Assembly (NCBI GenBank): GCA_964016885.1
Contig: OZ024757.1
Location: 28,458,001 to 28,522,000, forward strand
Direction: 5' to 3'
Source: Eledone cirrhosa
Taxonomy: Eukaryota
DNA: 64,000 nucleotides
A program made the translations under genes and the position numbers. The notes under the pieces were generated by a model. It was not told the origin of the DNA and searched no databases. It saw only the letters and a program-made list of their open reading frames with translations. Of the stretch, positions 26,756 through 40,430 are shown in pieces (the stretch's first letter is position 1; the number at the start of each line of letters is the position of its first letter).

Positions 26756-27178
26756 TTTTTTGTTCAATGATAAGGTGATAAACTTTGGAAACAATTCCTA
26801 AGAAGAAAGTAACATTTGTAACATTTGTGAAATAATCTTCAGATGAAGTCAAATTACAAGAAAAACTGTAACATCAGACCCTACCTCCCTCCCTACCATA
26901 TCTCCCCCACTCACACTTTCTCTCCCACCATACTCTCCTCCACTAACTCGTCTTTGCTCTCCCTCTTCACACCACCTTGCTGCTGCCAAAAGCTGCATAT
27001 ATATATATATATATATATATGCATACACACACATATGTTTGTGTATGTATTTATATATATATAGGTATATATATACATGTATGTATATATATATGTATGT
27101 GTATTTATATATAAATGTATATATTTATATATATATGTGTTTATATATACATGTATGTCTATATATATATATATATAT

Positions 27179-27282
<104 letters not shown>

Positions 27283-27575
27283 GTGTGTGTAAAAAATGGC
27301 AGAAATAATATTCTAGCTACTTTAATGTTTAATGTATGCATCTGAAGAATGAGACTTTTTGATTGAGGTTGAAGAGAAAAAACAATATATAATATATATA
27401 CATACACCAAATATATATATATATATATATATACACTTGATCTGATAATAATCAATTTCTCTTATGTTTTCCATCTATTTTACGCAATAATATTTTTATG
27501 GGGAGATTACAGAGAAATATTTTTTCCCAGATTAACAGTTGATCATATACAGAACACACACATATACATACATTC

Positions 27576-27610
<35 letters not shown>

Positions 27611-28184
27611 TATTCATACACACACATATATATATATACACATACATACATATGTGTGCATATGAAGGGAAGGAGGAAGATATTTTGTACTTTCTATATA
27701 TCCCTCTCCTGTATATTTCCTCTTCTTTTTAACACTATTGTTATTCAATTTGGAAGTCAGAATTGATTCGTGCATAATCTATAATATATACTTAAGCAAG
27801 AGATGAGGAAGAAAAAGAAATTTTATATTCACAAATACAGGGAAAAGCGGACGTAAAATGATGATGATGATGATGATATATATGTAGTTTTGTGTGTGCA
27901 AGTGTGTATATAAATATATATGGCTGTCTGTATGTATATTATGTGCAATGTATGAATTCAATAGAGCTACTTATTAGAGATCAAATTTCTGAAAATATAA
28001 ATTTCATCATCTGTTTATATACATACATCTATCTGTATGTCTATATATTTTTTACTATATTCTGTCTTGTTTTCATTTTTTTTTCTGTGTCTTCGTTCAA
28101 TATATATGTATGTGTATACATGTATATATATTTGTATGTATGTAAGTATATATATGTATGTAAGTATGTATGTATCTATATATG

Positions 28185-28735
28185 TGTCAGGTCGCTCTTC
28201 AGCACTACTGGTAACATGTAACCCAGTACAACCTGTGTATAGTCAGGTTGTCAGTGACTAAACCAGCAACCCCACCAAACTTGCTTGTTGAGGAGGGTGA
28301 CTTTGGACACCCTGCTGGATGAAAAACAAAACCTGTCAAAGGGCGTAGGAACTCAAGAGAGTCACCAGCCACCCAATAAAGTATTTTGTTTTGTGGAGCG
28401 AGGGTCTCCTAGTCTTCATTAAGACATCTCTCTATGAGAAGGTCACTCTGATATAAAACCTGTGACTTAGTTTGGTGTAAATCAGTTCTTCTTTTGGGGC
28501 AAATGTATTCGATGTTCAGAGAGTAGGATTGGCTTCATGCAAAGCCTTTCCTCATTTAAAAGAGCTTCAAGCTCAGGCATCGCTTGACATGTGACATTTT
28601 TTGTGATGCATGGTATTGCTGGTCATAGGTGGACTAAAAAGCAACGTCTCTGATGCTCATGCTTAAGTAACCCCAGCTGAGGGAGCAGTCATTAAAGTAG
28701 ACTATGGTATAGTAGACAACATGGATAGTTGCTGA
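28185..28735 (+). mobile_element. Non-coding interspersed element, probably RTE 5'-UTR-related (older copy of 57595-58200)
   Basis: Collinear with 57595: GTCAGGTC...CTACTGGTAACATGTA.CCCAGTACAACCTG...GACTAAAC..GCAACCCCACCAA...GAGGAGGGT.ACTTTGGACA.CCTGC...CTCTGATATAA.ACCTG...GGACTAAAAAG. Confidence 0.6.
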
Positions 28736-29729
28736 GATGATTGTGATATCTGCTGGAGTAGAGTCCATGTCAGTCCCTCCCACCATCATCTTACTGTGCC
28801 ACCACACCATCTCTCCATACCACCACTGCACCATCTTATCATACCACCACTTCATTGTCCTACCATCAAACCATACCACCATCCCAACACCCCACCATTT
28901 CGTCATTTCACCACCCCACTTCCCCACCATCAAACCACTCCACCACCATACCATCCCGTCATTATACACCACTCCACCATTTCACCACCCCACCATCCTA
29001 CCACCATACCATCCCATCATTATACCATCCTACCACACCACACCACACCACTACACCACTCCACCATTTCACCACCCCCACCATCCTACCATTATGAACT
29101 GGTATGGCCAGACTTTCTGGAAGCTTCCCAACTGGCTACTTTTATGCTTCACTGGACACCCAGCTTATTTAACCATCTGTGCTGCACTGGTTTGTTACTA
29201 TGACTACCATCCAAGGTTTTAGCTTGCAACTGATTCCAGCACCACCAGCACCATTGCCACTGCCATAGACATCCTCCTCCCCCTCCTCCTCCACCTCATC
29301 ATCATCATAATCATAATCATCATCATCCTCATCGTTCTTGTCATTATCAACCATATCATGATCACTATGTGATGTTGCTGCTGCTGTTACTACTATTACT
29401 ACTACCACCACTGCTATTACTACTACTACACCTACTTCCACTACCATCACCACCACTACTACCACTACCCCTACTTCCACCACCATCACTACTGTTACTA
29501 CTACTACACCTACTACCACTACCATCACCACTACTACTACACCTACTTCCACCACCATCACCAACACCACCACCACCACCACTACTATTACTTCTACTAC
29601 ACCTACTGCCATCATTACCACTATGGTGTCCTTCAACACCACTAAAACAGCCACTACCACCACCATCGCACTACAACTATTACTACAATCACCACCACCA
29701 CCACCACCATTACAGTCATATCTAGTGTC

Positions 29730-30740
29730 CATCAACACCAGGCAAAGCATGTTGTCTAGTGCTTGACCAATACTGCCAAGGATAATTGTTTCTACTTTTG
29801 GCACAAGGCCAGCAATTACCCAGTGCATTACTGGTACTTTATTTTATCGACCCCGTAAGGATGAAATACTGCCAATAATAATGATTTCATTTATTGGCCA
29901 CAAGGGCCGACACAAGGGACAATACAAAGACATGGACAGTGGGGGTTTACAATAAGGAAGAAAGGCAAAGTTAACCTCGGTGGGATTTGAAATCAGAATG
30001 CAAACTTCCAGAAAGAAAACTGCAAAGCATTCTATCTGATACTCCAACAATTCTGCCAATCCACCAGCCTATGGTTTCTAATTTTGGCACAAGGCCAGCA
30101 ATTTTGGGGAAGAGGAAAGATGATTATATTCAACCCTCAGTACTTTACTGGTATTATATTATATCCACCTCTGAAGGATGAAAAGTAAAGTTGATCTCAG
30201 TGGGATTTCAACTCAGAACATAGAAAATCATAATTAGATACAACAAGGCATTTTGTCCAACACTCCACCAATACTCCCAATCTGCAACCCTTACGAAAGG
30301 TTTCTGATTCACGTACAAGGCCAACAATTTTTGGGGGAGGGGAAAGTCAAATAAATCGACCCCAGTGCATTACTGGTACTTTATTTTATCGACCCAGTAA
30401 GGATTAAAAGCAAAGTTGACCGTGGCAGGATTTGAACTCAAAATTTAAAGGGCCGTAACTATACATATCACAAAGTGTAGTGTCCGACGCTCTACTGATA
30501 CTGCCAATCCACCTCCCTTAATAATTGTTTCAACTTTTGGCACAAGGCCAGCAATTATCCCAGTGTATTACTGGTACTTTATTTTATCGACCCCGTAAGG
30601 ATGAAAGGCAGAGTTAACCTCGGCGGGATTTGAACTCAGACCGCAAAGGGCCGTAACTCTATGCTGCAAATCATGGCGTCCGACCCTCTACCGATACTGC
30701 CAATCCACCGCTCTTAATAATAATAATAACAATAATAATA
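29730..30740 (-). mobile_element. Head-to-tail array of five or more family A SINE copies or fragments, with a Tx1-like 3' tail at 29880-29955
   Basis: Repeated TTTCTACTTTTGGCACAAGGCCAGCAATT...ATCGACCCC..AAGGATGAAAGGCAAAGT...GGATTTGAACTCAGA...TACTGCCAATCCACC units, all in one orientation. Confidence 0.85.
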
Positions 30741-31174
30741 ATTAGATTAAAATAAAAAGACAATAAATAAGAGATGCCAGACATATGTAGCTAATATGGT
30801 GAATTGGTACAGTAATTGCATTGCAATTAAGTTGATTGCAGCCTATGTGTATGTATGTGTGAGAGACTGGGTGCGTGTGTGTTTGAGAGAGAGACTGGGT
30901 GTGTATGTGTGTGTGTGTATGTTTGTGTGTGTGTGTTATTGTTGGGACAAACATGTAACTGCTGTCAGAAATTATTACTAAATTATCAATCATAATCTTA
31001 TTGCTGTATTTATATATATATATATATCGTATATACATATATATATATATGATATATATATATATATAAATATATATATATTGTATATACATATATATGT
31101 ATATATATATATATATCATATATACATATATACCTGTTTAGCTTGCTTCGTTTTTTTAGCTCCGGTGGCTGATG

Positions 31175-31290
31175 GCTTCACAACCACTATTTTCATTTTA
31201 TCTGGCCTCTATAACGTATGTTAATTGCTCTGGTCTTCTTTTAGTTCATTGAGCGCTTGCTGCATATCTCGAAGATTGCGTTTCGTTTTG
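31175..31290 (-). pseudogene. Possible decayed Penelope-like RT N-terminal fragment
   Basis: One frame reads KRNLRDMQQALNELKEDQSN*HTL*RPDKMKIVVV, resembling the NL..E..AL.EL..D..I.I.PADKG..VVV motif that precedes PLE RT domains. The insert is flanked by (TA)n. Confidence 0.35.
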
Positions 31291-31543
31291 TTTTTGGCCC
31301 CCACCAAAATACCACCTTGCTGAAATTATATTTGTATATATATATATATATATATATCGTATATATATGTATATTGTATATATATATATATATATATCGT
31401 ATATATATGTATATTGTATATACATATATATATTGTATATACATATATATATATATATTGTATATATATATATATATATAAATACTGTAAAGCATTCATT
31501 CTTTCCAACCCCCTAACTACTCATATATGGTATAATGAGTTAA

Positions 31544-32090
31544 CCCTTTAAAATTTAAACTGGCCATATCCAGCTAGAATTCTCTCACCTCTTTCTGTTC
31601 AAATTGGCTGTGACCTGCCACTCATACTGTTGTTAAGGTATAGTTCTCAAAATAGATAATATCAAAATCTCATAGATTTGATATTATGTCAGATAATGCC
31701 TTTACCATGAAAATATAATAGTAAATATAGAGTAATATTAAGCTGGTACCGGGATCATAATGTAACACTTTTCTTACTATATTTTTAATGAAAGACACTG
31801 CCTATGATTTTCAAATCATTTTGAAAATAATCAAAAATTTGTAGAGATTTAGTAACAATATAACTTTCTTATTATTAACCCCTTAGCATTTAAACTGGCT
31901 GTATCCGGCCAGAATTCTCTCACCTCTTTCTATTCAAATTGGCTGTAACTGGCCACTTATACTGATGTTAAGGTATTCCTCTCAAAATAAATATCAAAAT
32001 CTCATAGAGTCGATATTATGTGAGATAATTATGTGCGGTAAAGACATTACCGTGGAAATATGATGGTAAATATAGATAAATGGTAAAGAG
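31544..32090. mobile_element. Two piggyBac-type MITEs (31544-31740 and 31879-32090)
   Basis: (ttaa)CCCTTTAAAATTTAAACTGGCC and (ttaa)CCCCTTAGCATTTAAACTGGC...GGTAAAGAG(ttaa). Family P internal sequence. Confidence 0.7.
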
Positions 32091-32460
32091 TTAAAATACT
32101 CTGATCTACTGTTAGTTGAAAGATGATATAACATTTTCTTGTTTCTTAAGTGTGAAGAGAAGTCTATAGACATGTCTCACTCATATTTTTTGTCACCTTG
32201 GTACCTGTGTACAGCCAGGTGGACTGTTGTAGGTGCCAGCAACAGGATGCAAAACTGTTCAACTATTCCTCCCCACCTCTCTCGCTTTCCAGCTTACCAT
32301 TTCTCTGTCTTATAAACATTGACATTCTAATGATTATTTGTCAGGTGTCATTATCTAGTTCTATGAGCATATGTGTGTGTGTGTATACATATATATATAT
32401 GTATATGTATATGTATCATTTTTCACTATGTATATATATATATATGTGTGTGTGTCTGTG

Positions 32461-32518
32461 TTACCGACATGTGTCCACATGTGGGCATGTTTATATATGT
32501 GCGTACGTGTGTGTGTAA

Positions 32519-32554
<36 letters not shown>

Positions 32555-32898
32555 ATAAACACACACATTTATTTTAGTATATCTATGGATATCTATATAT
32601 ATATATATAGACATATATACATATATATACAAATATATATATATACACACAAACATATATCTACAATATATATATATATATATGTGTGTGTCTGTGTGTA
32701 TGTATTGTAGATATAGGTGTGTGTGTATATATATATATTTGTATATATATGTATATATGTCTATATATATGTAGATATCCATAGATATACTAAAATAAAT
32801 GTGTGTGTTTATAAAAATATATATACATATATATATATATTTACACACACACGTACGCACATATATAAACATGCCCACATGTGGACACCTGTCGGTAA
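32461..32898. repeat. Long inverted duplication, ~200-bp arms and ~35-bp spacer
   Basis: TTACCGACATGTGTCCACATGTGGGCATG... mirrored by ...CATGCCCACATGTGGACACCTGTCGGTAA. Unique segments match and (TA)n lengths differ. Confidence 0.85.
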
Positions 32899-33159
32899 GC
32901 TGTGACAGTTGACACCTTTCAAAATATGTCGTCTTTATGTTCCATATGAGCTTTTTTTTCAAAAGAGGATAAAAAAAAATCAACTAAAGAAAAACAAATT
33001 TCAACCCTCCAAGGCTTTTAACTGAGTTGAAATGATGGGTCTGAAGGACGGTTGCGAGGGTAGGGGCAGAGAGAGAAGGTGGGGCAGGTGAGGATGTTGC
33101 CAAGAATATGTCACAAACAAATATGAAGAACCTCTTCCGTGATATGACACTGCTGATAA

Positions 33160-33272
33160 TATAATTGTTTCTACTTTTGGCACAAGGCCAGCAATATCCC
33201 AGTACATTACTGGTACTTTATTTTATCGACCCCGAAAGGATGAAAGGCAAAGTGAATCTCGGCGAGATTTGC
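33160..33272 (-). mobile_element. SINE family A, 5'-truncated
   Basis: Tail and core as in other copies. TGCTGATAATATA is duplicated on both sides. Confidence 0.75.
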
Positions 33273-33287
33273 TGATAATATAATATA

Positions 33288-33342
<55 letters not shown>

Positions 33343-33488
33343 TTAGACATAGTCACAGATACATATATGAGTTTGGCAACCATTCACGGTGTGGCTCAAT
33401 GAAGCTCACATATACTTATGTATATATATATATATATATATATACATATATACACGCACACATATATACTTATGTATATATGTGTGTG

Positions 33489-33519
<31 letters not shown>

Positions 33520-33520
<1 letters not shown>

Positions 33521-33745
33521 AAGGCACGTGGCTTTGTGGTTAGGATGTTTGACTCACAAATGTAAGATCATGAGTTCAATTTATGGCTATGTTATGTCCT
33601 TGAACAAGACACTTTATTTCTTGTTGCTCTAGTCTATAAAATAAAAATGAGTTGCAGTGACACTGGTGCCAAACTGTATCAGACTTTGCCTTTCATTTGG
33701 ATAATATTAGTGGCATGGATAGTCAACTGTTTGTCTTCCACAAAA
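33520..33745 (+). mobile_element. tRNA-headed CORE-type SINE (partial inverted partner at 34205-34300)
   Basis: GAAGGCACGTGGCTTTGTGGTTAGG...GAGTTCAATT...GTCCTTGAACAAGACACTTTATTTC. Confidence 0.65.
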
Positions 33746-34480
33746 TACACACGTAAACATATACATATGTGTGTACTTGTGTATATATATATTACTCTTT
33801 TACTCTTTTACCTGTTCCAGCCATCTGGCTGAGGCCATGCTGAGGCACCACCCTTGTATATATATATTTATACTTAAGAAAATTAACAAAGGAGGACAAT
33901 ACAATGAACAGAAACAAAACAAAATGAAAAACAATTTTTTAAAGGGAAACCTTAAAAAATTTATTTAAAAAAAATAAATCTACAAACGAAGGACACAGAA
34001 CTCAATGGTCATCAGCCATTGAGATGGACTTGGGCAGTTTCAACCCCTACCAACGGTACTGCTGGTCCATCTGACATAAGCCAAGCACTGTCCAAAGGAA
34101 TAAGAGATGAAAGACAAACAGAATTTGTAGCCATTAAGCTACAAAACATACACAATTTTGTGTGATGTTAGGGAAAATGTCTGACGCCTCACATAGCACA
34201 TGTGTGTGTGTGGAAGACAAACAGTTGACTGTCCAAGCCACCAGTATTATCCAAATGAAAGGCAAAGTCTGATACAGTTTGACACCAATGTAACTGCAAC
34301 TACACCCTTGAAAAGGCTTGCTGAACAAACAAGCTGAAACCACTTGGTGCTGCAGTCGGGATTTTACCTCTCTCTATACCCACTCTGCATTTCCACATGC
34401 ATTGAGTACTTCCATGATTAGTGGTCTCCTTTGTCTCAACACCGCAGACTCTTTCTTGCTCTCTCTCTCTCACTCTCTCA

Positions 34481-34524
<44 letters not shown>

Positions 34525-34558
34525 ATATATATATATATATATAAAAGTGTGTGTGCGT

Positions 34559-34589
<31 letters not shown>

Positions 34590-34673
34590 CGCACACTAAT
34601 ATATCTATGATTGTATGCATACATATATATGCATATGAAATTTACAGAAAATGTATATACATGTATGTGTGTG

Positions 34674-34704
<31 letters not shown>

Positions 34705-35248
34705 GATTGTATAGAAAATGCAAATGTCACAACACCCGTTCACTGTCGGTGTCAACTTGAAACTCACAATATATAAGTCACTTATCAAATTATAGAAAAG
34801 ACACAAATGAAATCTCATGGTATGGTGGTGATGGTGATGGTGGTGTTGGCGGTAGGTGGTTGGTGGTGGTAAGTGGTGGTAGGTGGTGGTAAGTGGTGGT
34901 AGTGGTGGTGATGGTGGTGGTGGTGGTGGTAGGTGGTGGTAGTGGTGGTGATGGTGGTAGGTGACGGTGGTGATGGGGGTAATGGCAGTGATTTTCATGG
35001 TAAAAACAAAAGTGGTCTCTCTGATGTTGATGAGAGAGGGGTGTTATTGATGGTGGTGAGCATGGTACCTATGATGATGATGGTGGTGATGGATGTGAGA
35101 AATTCTAATTTGTCAATCTCTGATTGACTTTAATTCAGATAATCAATAAATGCTAAAAGAAAATATGAGGTAGTTACGGTTGTAAGGGAGAGGAAGAGGA
35201 AAAAGAGGTGTGGGTGTGTATGTATGTATATATATATATATATATATG

Positions 35249-35312
<64 letters not shown>

Positions 35313-35409
35313 TGTATATATTTATATACACACACACACATATATAGATACATACCTGTGGATATATATACATATATAAATAAATATGCATATGTGCATT
35401 ATTATTATT

Positions 35410-35645
35410 ATTTCATCCTTATGGGGTTGATAAAATAAAGTACCAGTAATGCACTGGGATAATTGCTGGCCTTGTGCCAAAAGTAGAAACAATTATTATT
35501 TCTGATTTCAAATCCCGCCGAGGTTAACTTTTCCTTTCATCCCTACGGGGTTTATAAAATAAAGTACCAGTAATGCACTAGGGTCGATTTTATCGATCTT
35601 CCTCTCGCCCCAAATTGCTGGCCTTGTGCCTATATAAGAAACCAT
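35410..35645 (+). mobile_element. Two tandem 5'-truncated family A SINE copies
   Basis: TTTCATCC..A.GGGGTT.ATAAAATAAAGTACCAGTAATGCACT occurs twice, each with a GCTGGCCTTGTGCC tail. Confidence 0.75.
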
Positions 35646-36295
35646 TGTTACTATCATCATCATTTAAAGTTAATTTTTCCATGCTGGCACACACACACAC
35701 ACACATATGTATATATATATGAGAGAGAGAGACATATATATATAACAAATTTAATATCGAAATTGGTTTCTATATACATATGTATGTGTGGGGTGGGGGA
35801 AAGCATCATATTTTAAAAAGCATCATCTAGAATTAATTAATTTGTTAATTAAGTCTAATGGAATCTTAATGCCATTTGAAATATTTACCATATTCTTTCT
35901 CCATTATTTTTGACATACACCGAAAATTGTTGGGGTTTTTTTTCTTTGTTTCTTTCTTACCTATCTCTCTATAACCCTGTGTCCACCAACAGGAATGCTA
36001 AATAAAAGACATTAAGAAATACTAATACTATTACTAATAATAATGGTTTCTTATTTAGGCACAAGGCCAGCAATTTTGGGGGAGGGGAAAGTCGATTAAA
36101 TCGACCCCAGTGTGTTACTGGTGCTTTATTTTATCGACACACACACATACACATACATACATACACACACACACACAGAGTGAGTCCTTGTTCCACTTGT
36201 TTGATATCGTCAGCACACAACTTCAGATCTCATATACATACACATATATACACACACATCTATCTATTTATATATATGTATATATTATATATATA

Positions 36296-36344
<49 letters not shown>

Positions 36345-38756
36345 ATATATATATGTGTGTGTATATATATATATATATATAACCCATGCTAGCGTGGAAG
36401 ATAGATGTTAAACGATGATGATGATATATATATATATATATATAAATATATAAATATATATATGCAAAATATATATATGCAAAAGATACTCCATTCAACT
36501 GTCACCCTATATCACAGATATATCTATATCAACATATTGATTAAGGATGTTGTCACCATTTCAGATAACTAATGAGTAGTGGAGGATGTAGAGTACTTTT
36601 TATAAATAGACTCTTCTAATATGGATTGAATTTCATATGGATTAATATATATTTAATGTAAATGGATCTCCGTTGGTCTTGTGGATGAGTGTCCTAGCTG
36701 GTCGATCAATGGAACTGTCTATACATTAAATTAATGTGTAAGTAGCAGAATATTCCACAGGGACACATATACCTATCATAGCTTTTGAAGATTCATCATG
36801 ACTTAATATATGACAAGAATGGCTCTGTTATTAAGTTGAATTAATGTATTCGTGACTGAGTAATCCTCAGATATATGTACCTCTAAGGTAGTTCTCAGGA
36901 AGAGTCAGCTTGACATAGTGTGTGACAAGGCTGGCTCTTTGAATTGATGTATAATTGTATATCTAAAAATAGGTTTGTTAATTCAAATGTCTATAGTATG
37001 CTTACTAGTAGACAGATCATTGTTAAAATTTGCAGTAATTGAATAAAGACTTTAATATTTAAGTTCCTAACATCCTGTAATGATTTAGCAGAAAATATCT
37101 AAAAATGGGTTTGTTAATTCATATGTGTATAGTATCTTTATTAGTGGACAGATCATTGTTAAAATTTGTTGTAAACTAAAGACTTTAAAATTTAACGTGA
37201 TGCAGTCATAATGTTGTATTGTACTTTTCAAGAATGACTTGCTAATATAGTTTCATGTGGTACAGGATGTTAAGAGTTAAATGTGAGTGTGTGTATTTCA
37301 TTTGGTGTGCATTTGTTTATATTGGTGTATGTGCATGTAAATATGTGTGCAAGTATAAATATGAATATGAGTATGTGTGTCTGTATATGTGTAAGTATGA
37401 AGGTATGTGAATGTAAGTATACGTCTGTTTGCGTGTTTCAGTATATCTGTATGTGTTTCAGTGTGTGCTGTGTGTATGTATATGAGCATGTGTATGTGTC
37501 AGTCTGAGGAGAAAATACAAAAAAAAAAAAAAAATTTTAATTAAATGTGAAAAAATAAACAGTATAAACCAATGTTGTGATAGTCATCAAAGTTGTAAAA
37601 TATGTTGCCACAAAAAATTTGAAAATTTACAAACATATCAAACCTATATCAACTTTCAAAAACTTTAGCAAAATATCTAAAAAAATATTTCAAATAAAAT
37701 AAATAGTGATTATTATTATTAAAAAATAAATATAAATTTGAAAAGAAAAATCATGAATTATTACATTTAACGGTTTAACATTTTGGAAAATTTAATCTCA
37801 GAGTAATAATTAGCTTTTGAACGAATCCTCGTTAAAACAAAATTGTGTGGAAGGTTGAGCGGGGAATAGTGACAACATGAAATTATGGGATCCTTTGAGA
37901 TCCCTAAAACTCTGTTGTGATGGTGGTCGTGGTGGTTGTTGTTGTTTGTGGAGTAATCTATATCTTCATTGCCGTTACTACCTTCACTGTCGGCACAGAG
38001 CTACATATTATGGTGGTGGTGATTGGGTTGGTGGTGGGGTTGTTGTTGTAATGATTGTGTTGGTGGTGGTGGTGATTGTGGTGGTGATGGTGATTGTGTT
38101 GGTGGTGGGGTTGTTGTTGTAATGATTGTGTTGGTGGTGGTGGTGATTGTGGTGGTTGTTGTTGTAATAGTAGAAGAGGTAGTAGGAGGGTATTAGGCAA
38201 CATGAGTGGGGTGTAACCCTGTTTGTTCAATTCAACCTGACTTTCCCCTCTACTCTCTTTTGTATTTTTTTACAACCACCGCCCTCCTCCTCCTCCTCGT
38301 TTAGTCTTCTGCATTGTTGTTTTACTACAACTACTACTACTACTACTACTTCACACATATATATACAAACAGGGAAAAGCAGACATAAAATGATGATGAT
38401 ATATATACACACACACACATACATACATAATTGGTATGGCTCACAACAGAACAACTCGTCTAACCCATGCTAGCATGGAAAAATGGACATTAAAGAGTGG
38501 TGATGATGATGATATACACACACACACATATATAATATAGGAGGGTTGGCTGACCAAGATACTCTCATGGAAAGACCAAATGAGGTTTATTTTTCAACAT
38601 AGTCCTTAGACAGAAACAATACAGTTATTCATGAGAAGAGTTGAAATTAATGCATGCAAGATTTCATAGCTCTAGCATCACTCCTTCATCACAGCCTATA
38701 AACATTTCAGCCCACCCTCATATATATATATTTATATATATATATATATATATATA

Positions 38757-38990
38757 TAGTGGTAGAACACTGGAAGGTAATATCCGTAGTGGTAGAGCAC
38801 TCAGTCCATGGGACGAGTTAGGTAGAAGTGGTTACACAACAGTTAGTTCACCATACTGAGAACAATTGTTTCACCTTAGCGGATCCTCAGCTCGTAATGG
38901 ACAACATAATGTCCATTACGAGCTGAGGATCCGCTAAGGTGAAACAATTGTTCTCGGTATGGTGAACTAACTGTTGTGTAACCACTTCTA
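38757..38990 (-). mobile_element. HHR-bearing fold-back element (Penelope-like pLTR or retrozyme)
   Basis: 81-bp arms 38823-38903 / 38910-38990 with one mismatch. Unpaired tail 38757-38822. (TA)n on both sides. Confidence 0.8.
38919..38956 (+). ncRNA. Minimal type-I hammerhead ribozyme (mirror copy on the minus strand at 38858-38893)
   Basis: CGAG-CTGAGGA-T CC GCTAA GG T-GAAA-C AATT G-TT-CTCG. Palindromic stem III loop typical of minimal, dimer-forming HHRs. Confidence 0.75.
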
Positions 38991-39012
38991 TATATATAGA
39001 TATATAAATATA

Positions 39013-39214
39013 CATTATTCCGGGTTGAATCGGAGGTAACCACAGTAAGTGAGGTACTCAATACATAGCAGAATATAAAAGTTTTAATATAGATGAGATT
39101 CTACAGGACTAGAACTGTTTCATTCTTTAGAAATCATCAGGAATCTAGCTCAGATTCCTGATGATTTCTAAAGACTGAAACAGTTCTAGCCCTGTAGAAT
39201 CTCATCTATATTTA

Positions 39215-39217
<3 letters not shown>
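39013..39217 (-). mobile_element. HHR-bearing fold-back element, family H1 copy 1
   Basis: Arms 39081-39146 / 39152-39217. HHR on both strands (39096-39146 minus, 39152-39202 plus): AGATTC-CTGATGA-TTTC TAAA GA.T-GAAA-CAG TTCTAG.C CTG-TA-GAATCT. Confidence 0.85.
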
Positions 39218-39269
<52 letters not shown>

Positions 39270-39685
39270 ACCACTTATATTTACCATAATAAGGATAAAT
39301 ATATTCTTTATAAAAGCCAGTCTTCAGTCTTTTTACTTTCAAGTTTCCCTGTGTTGACCCTGTGGGAATAGGAGCTACTCCAGAGTAACAAGACACAAAT
39401 ATGACCGTAGCAAATCATTATCATCATTGTTGTTGGTATTCAACATCTATTTTCCATACTTGCAATCGGTTAAACTGGCTGTCTTGTACTGAGGAGGTCA
39501 CACTGATCGGGTGACCATGTCTTCTCATATGCTCCAGTTTGGGCTTGGTCTTATACGACTGGTTGGTATGTGTGTGTGTGTGCGCCAGCATGGAAAAATG
39601 GACTTTAAATGAAGATGATTATGATGGTAACAATAATAATACTAATAATGATAATGCACATATGCATATTTATTTATATATGTAT

Positions 39686-40022
39686 GGAGGCACATGGCTT
39701 AGTGGTTAGAGCATTGGCCTTGCAATCGAAAGGTTGTGATTTCAATTCTCGGACCGGGTGATGTGTTGTTTCCTTGAGCAAGACACTTTATTTCACATTG
39801 CTCCAGTTTATCCAGCTGTAGAAATGAGATGATAGGGACTGGGGTCCCTATCATTCCACTGCAAAGTGGTCGTGGAGGTGCCACGGCAAAAAAGCACCCA
39901 GCACTCACTGTAAATGAGGTTGGTGTTAGGAAGGGCATCCAGCTGTAGAAATCAAGCCAGAATCAGTTCCCGTCCCACCCTTGCAAGCAGGGAAAAAGCG
40001 GACGTAAAATGAAATGATGATG
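39686..40022 (+). mobile_element. Full-length tRNA-headed CORE-type SINE (family B)
   Basis: Head GGAGGCACATGGCTTAGTGGTTAGAGC, CORE-like CCTTGAGCAAGACACTTTATTTCACATTGCTCCAGTTTATCCAGCTGTAGAAATG, then GGTTGGTGTTAGGAAGGGCATCC and a (TGA)n tail. Confidence 0.8.
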
Positions 40023-40073
40023 AAATCATGATGTATATATATCTACAGGTATGAATCTATATACATGTATCTA

Positions 40074-40100
<27 letters not shown>

Positions 40101-40104
<4 letters not shown>

Positions 40105-40408
40105 TGAAAGGATAACAAGGACAATTGATTACTCCTTCATTGCATTTATTGGTAGGTGACGCTATAGCATTTTAAAGGGTCCGTCTAACCACCGATTATT
40201 GAGTCGGGTAGGATCGATACAGATCGAACCTTGAGCTGATCAGTGGCGAAACACGCGTCACCTACCAATAAATGTAATGAAGGAGTAATCAATCGTCCTT
40301 GTTATCCTTTCAATATATTACACTCTGTATAGCTCTACACCTCATCACAGAAGTGAACCTAAACATTGAGTGCTCACCTGCAGTAACTCCAAGTTACACC
40401 CCCTGGAT
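40101..40408 (+). mobile_element. Fold-back element with a degenerate HHR
   Basis: Arms 40101-40162 / 40255-40316. GGTAGG...GAAAC ACGC GTC ACCTACC keeps stems I and III but no intact CUGANGA. Tail carries TTGAGTGCTC. (TA)n flanks. Confidence 0.7.
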
Positions 40409-40430
40409 ATATATATATATATATATATAT

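Noticed and set aside
36680-36945. Diverged fragments of a further SINE-like family (also 15790-16170 and 21430-21480)
   Set aside because: Likely old repeats, but the boundaries and family cannot be fixed from this window alone.
39686-39760. tRNA gene
   Set aside because: A/B-box-like head without a complete cloverleaf, running directly into a SINE core present in several copies.
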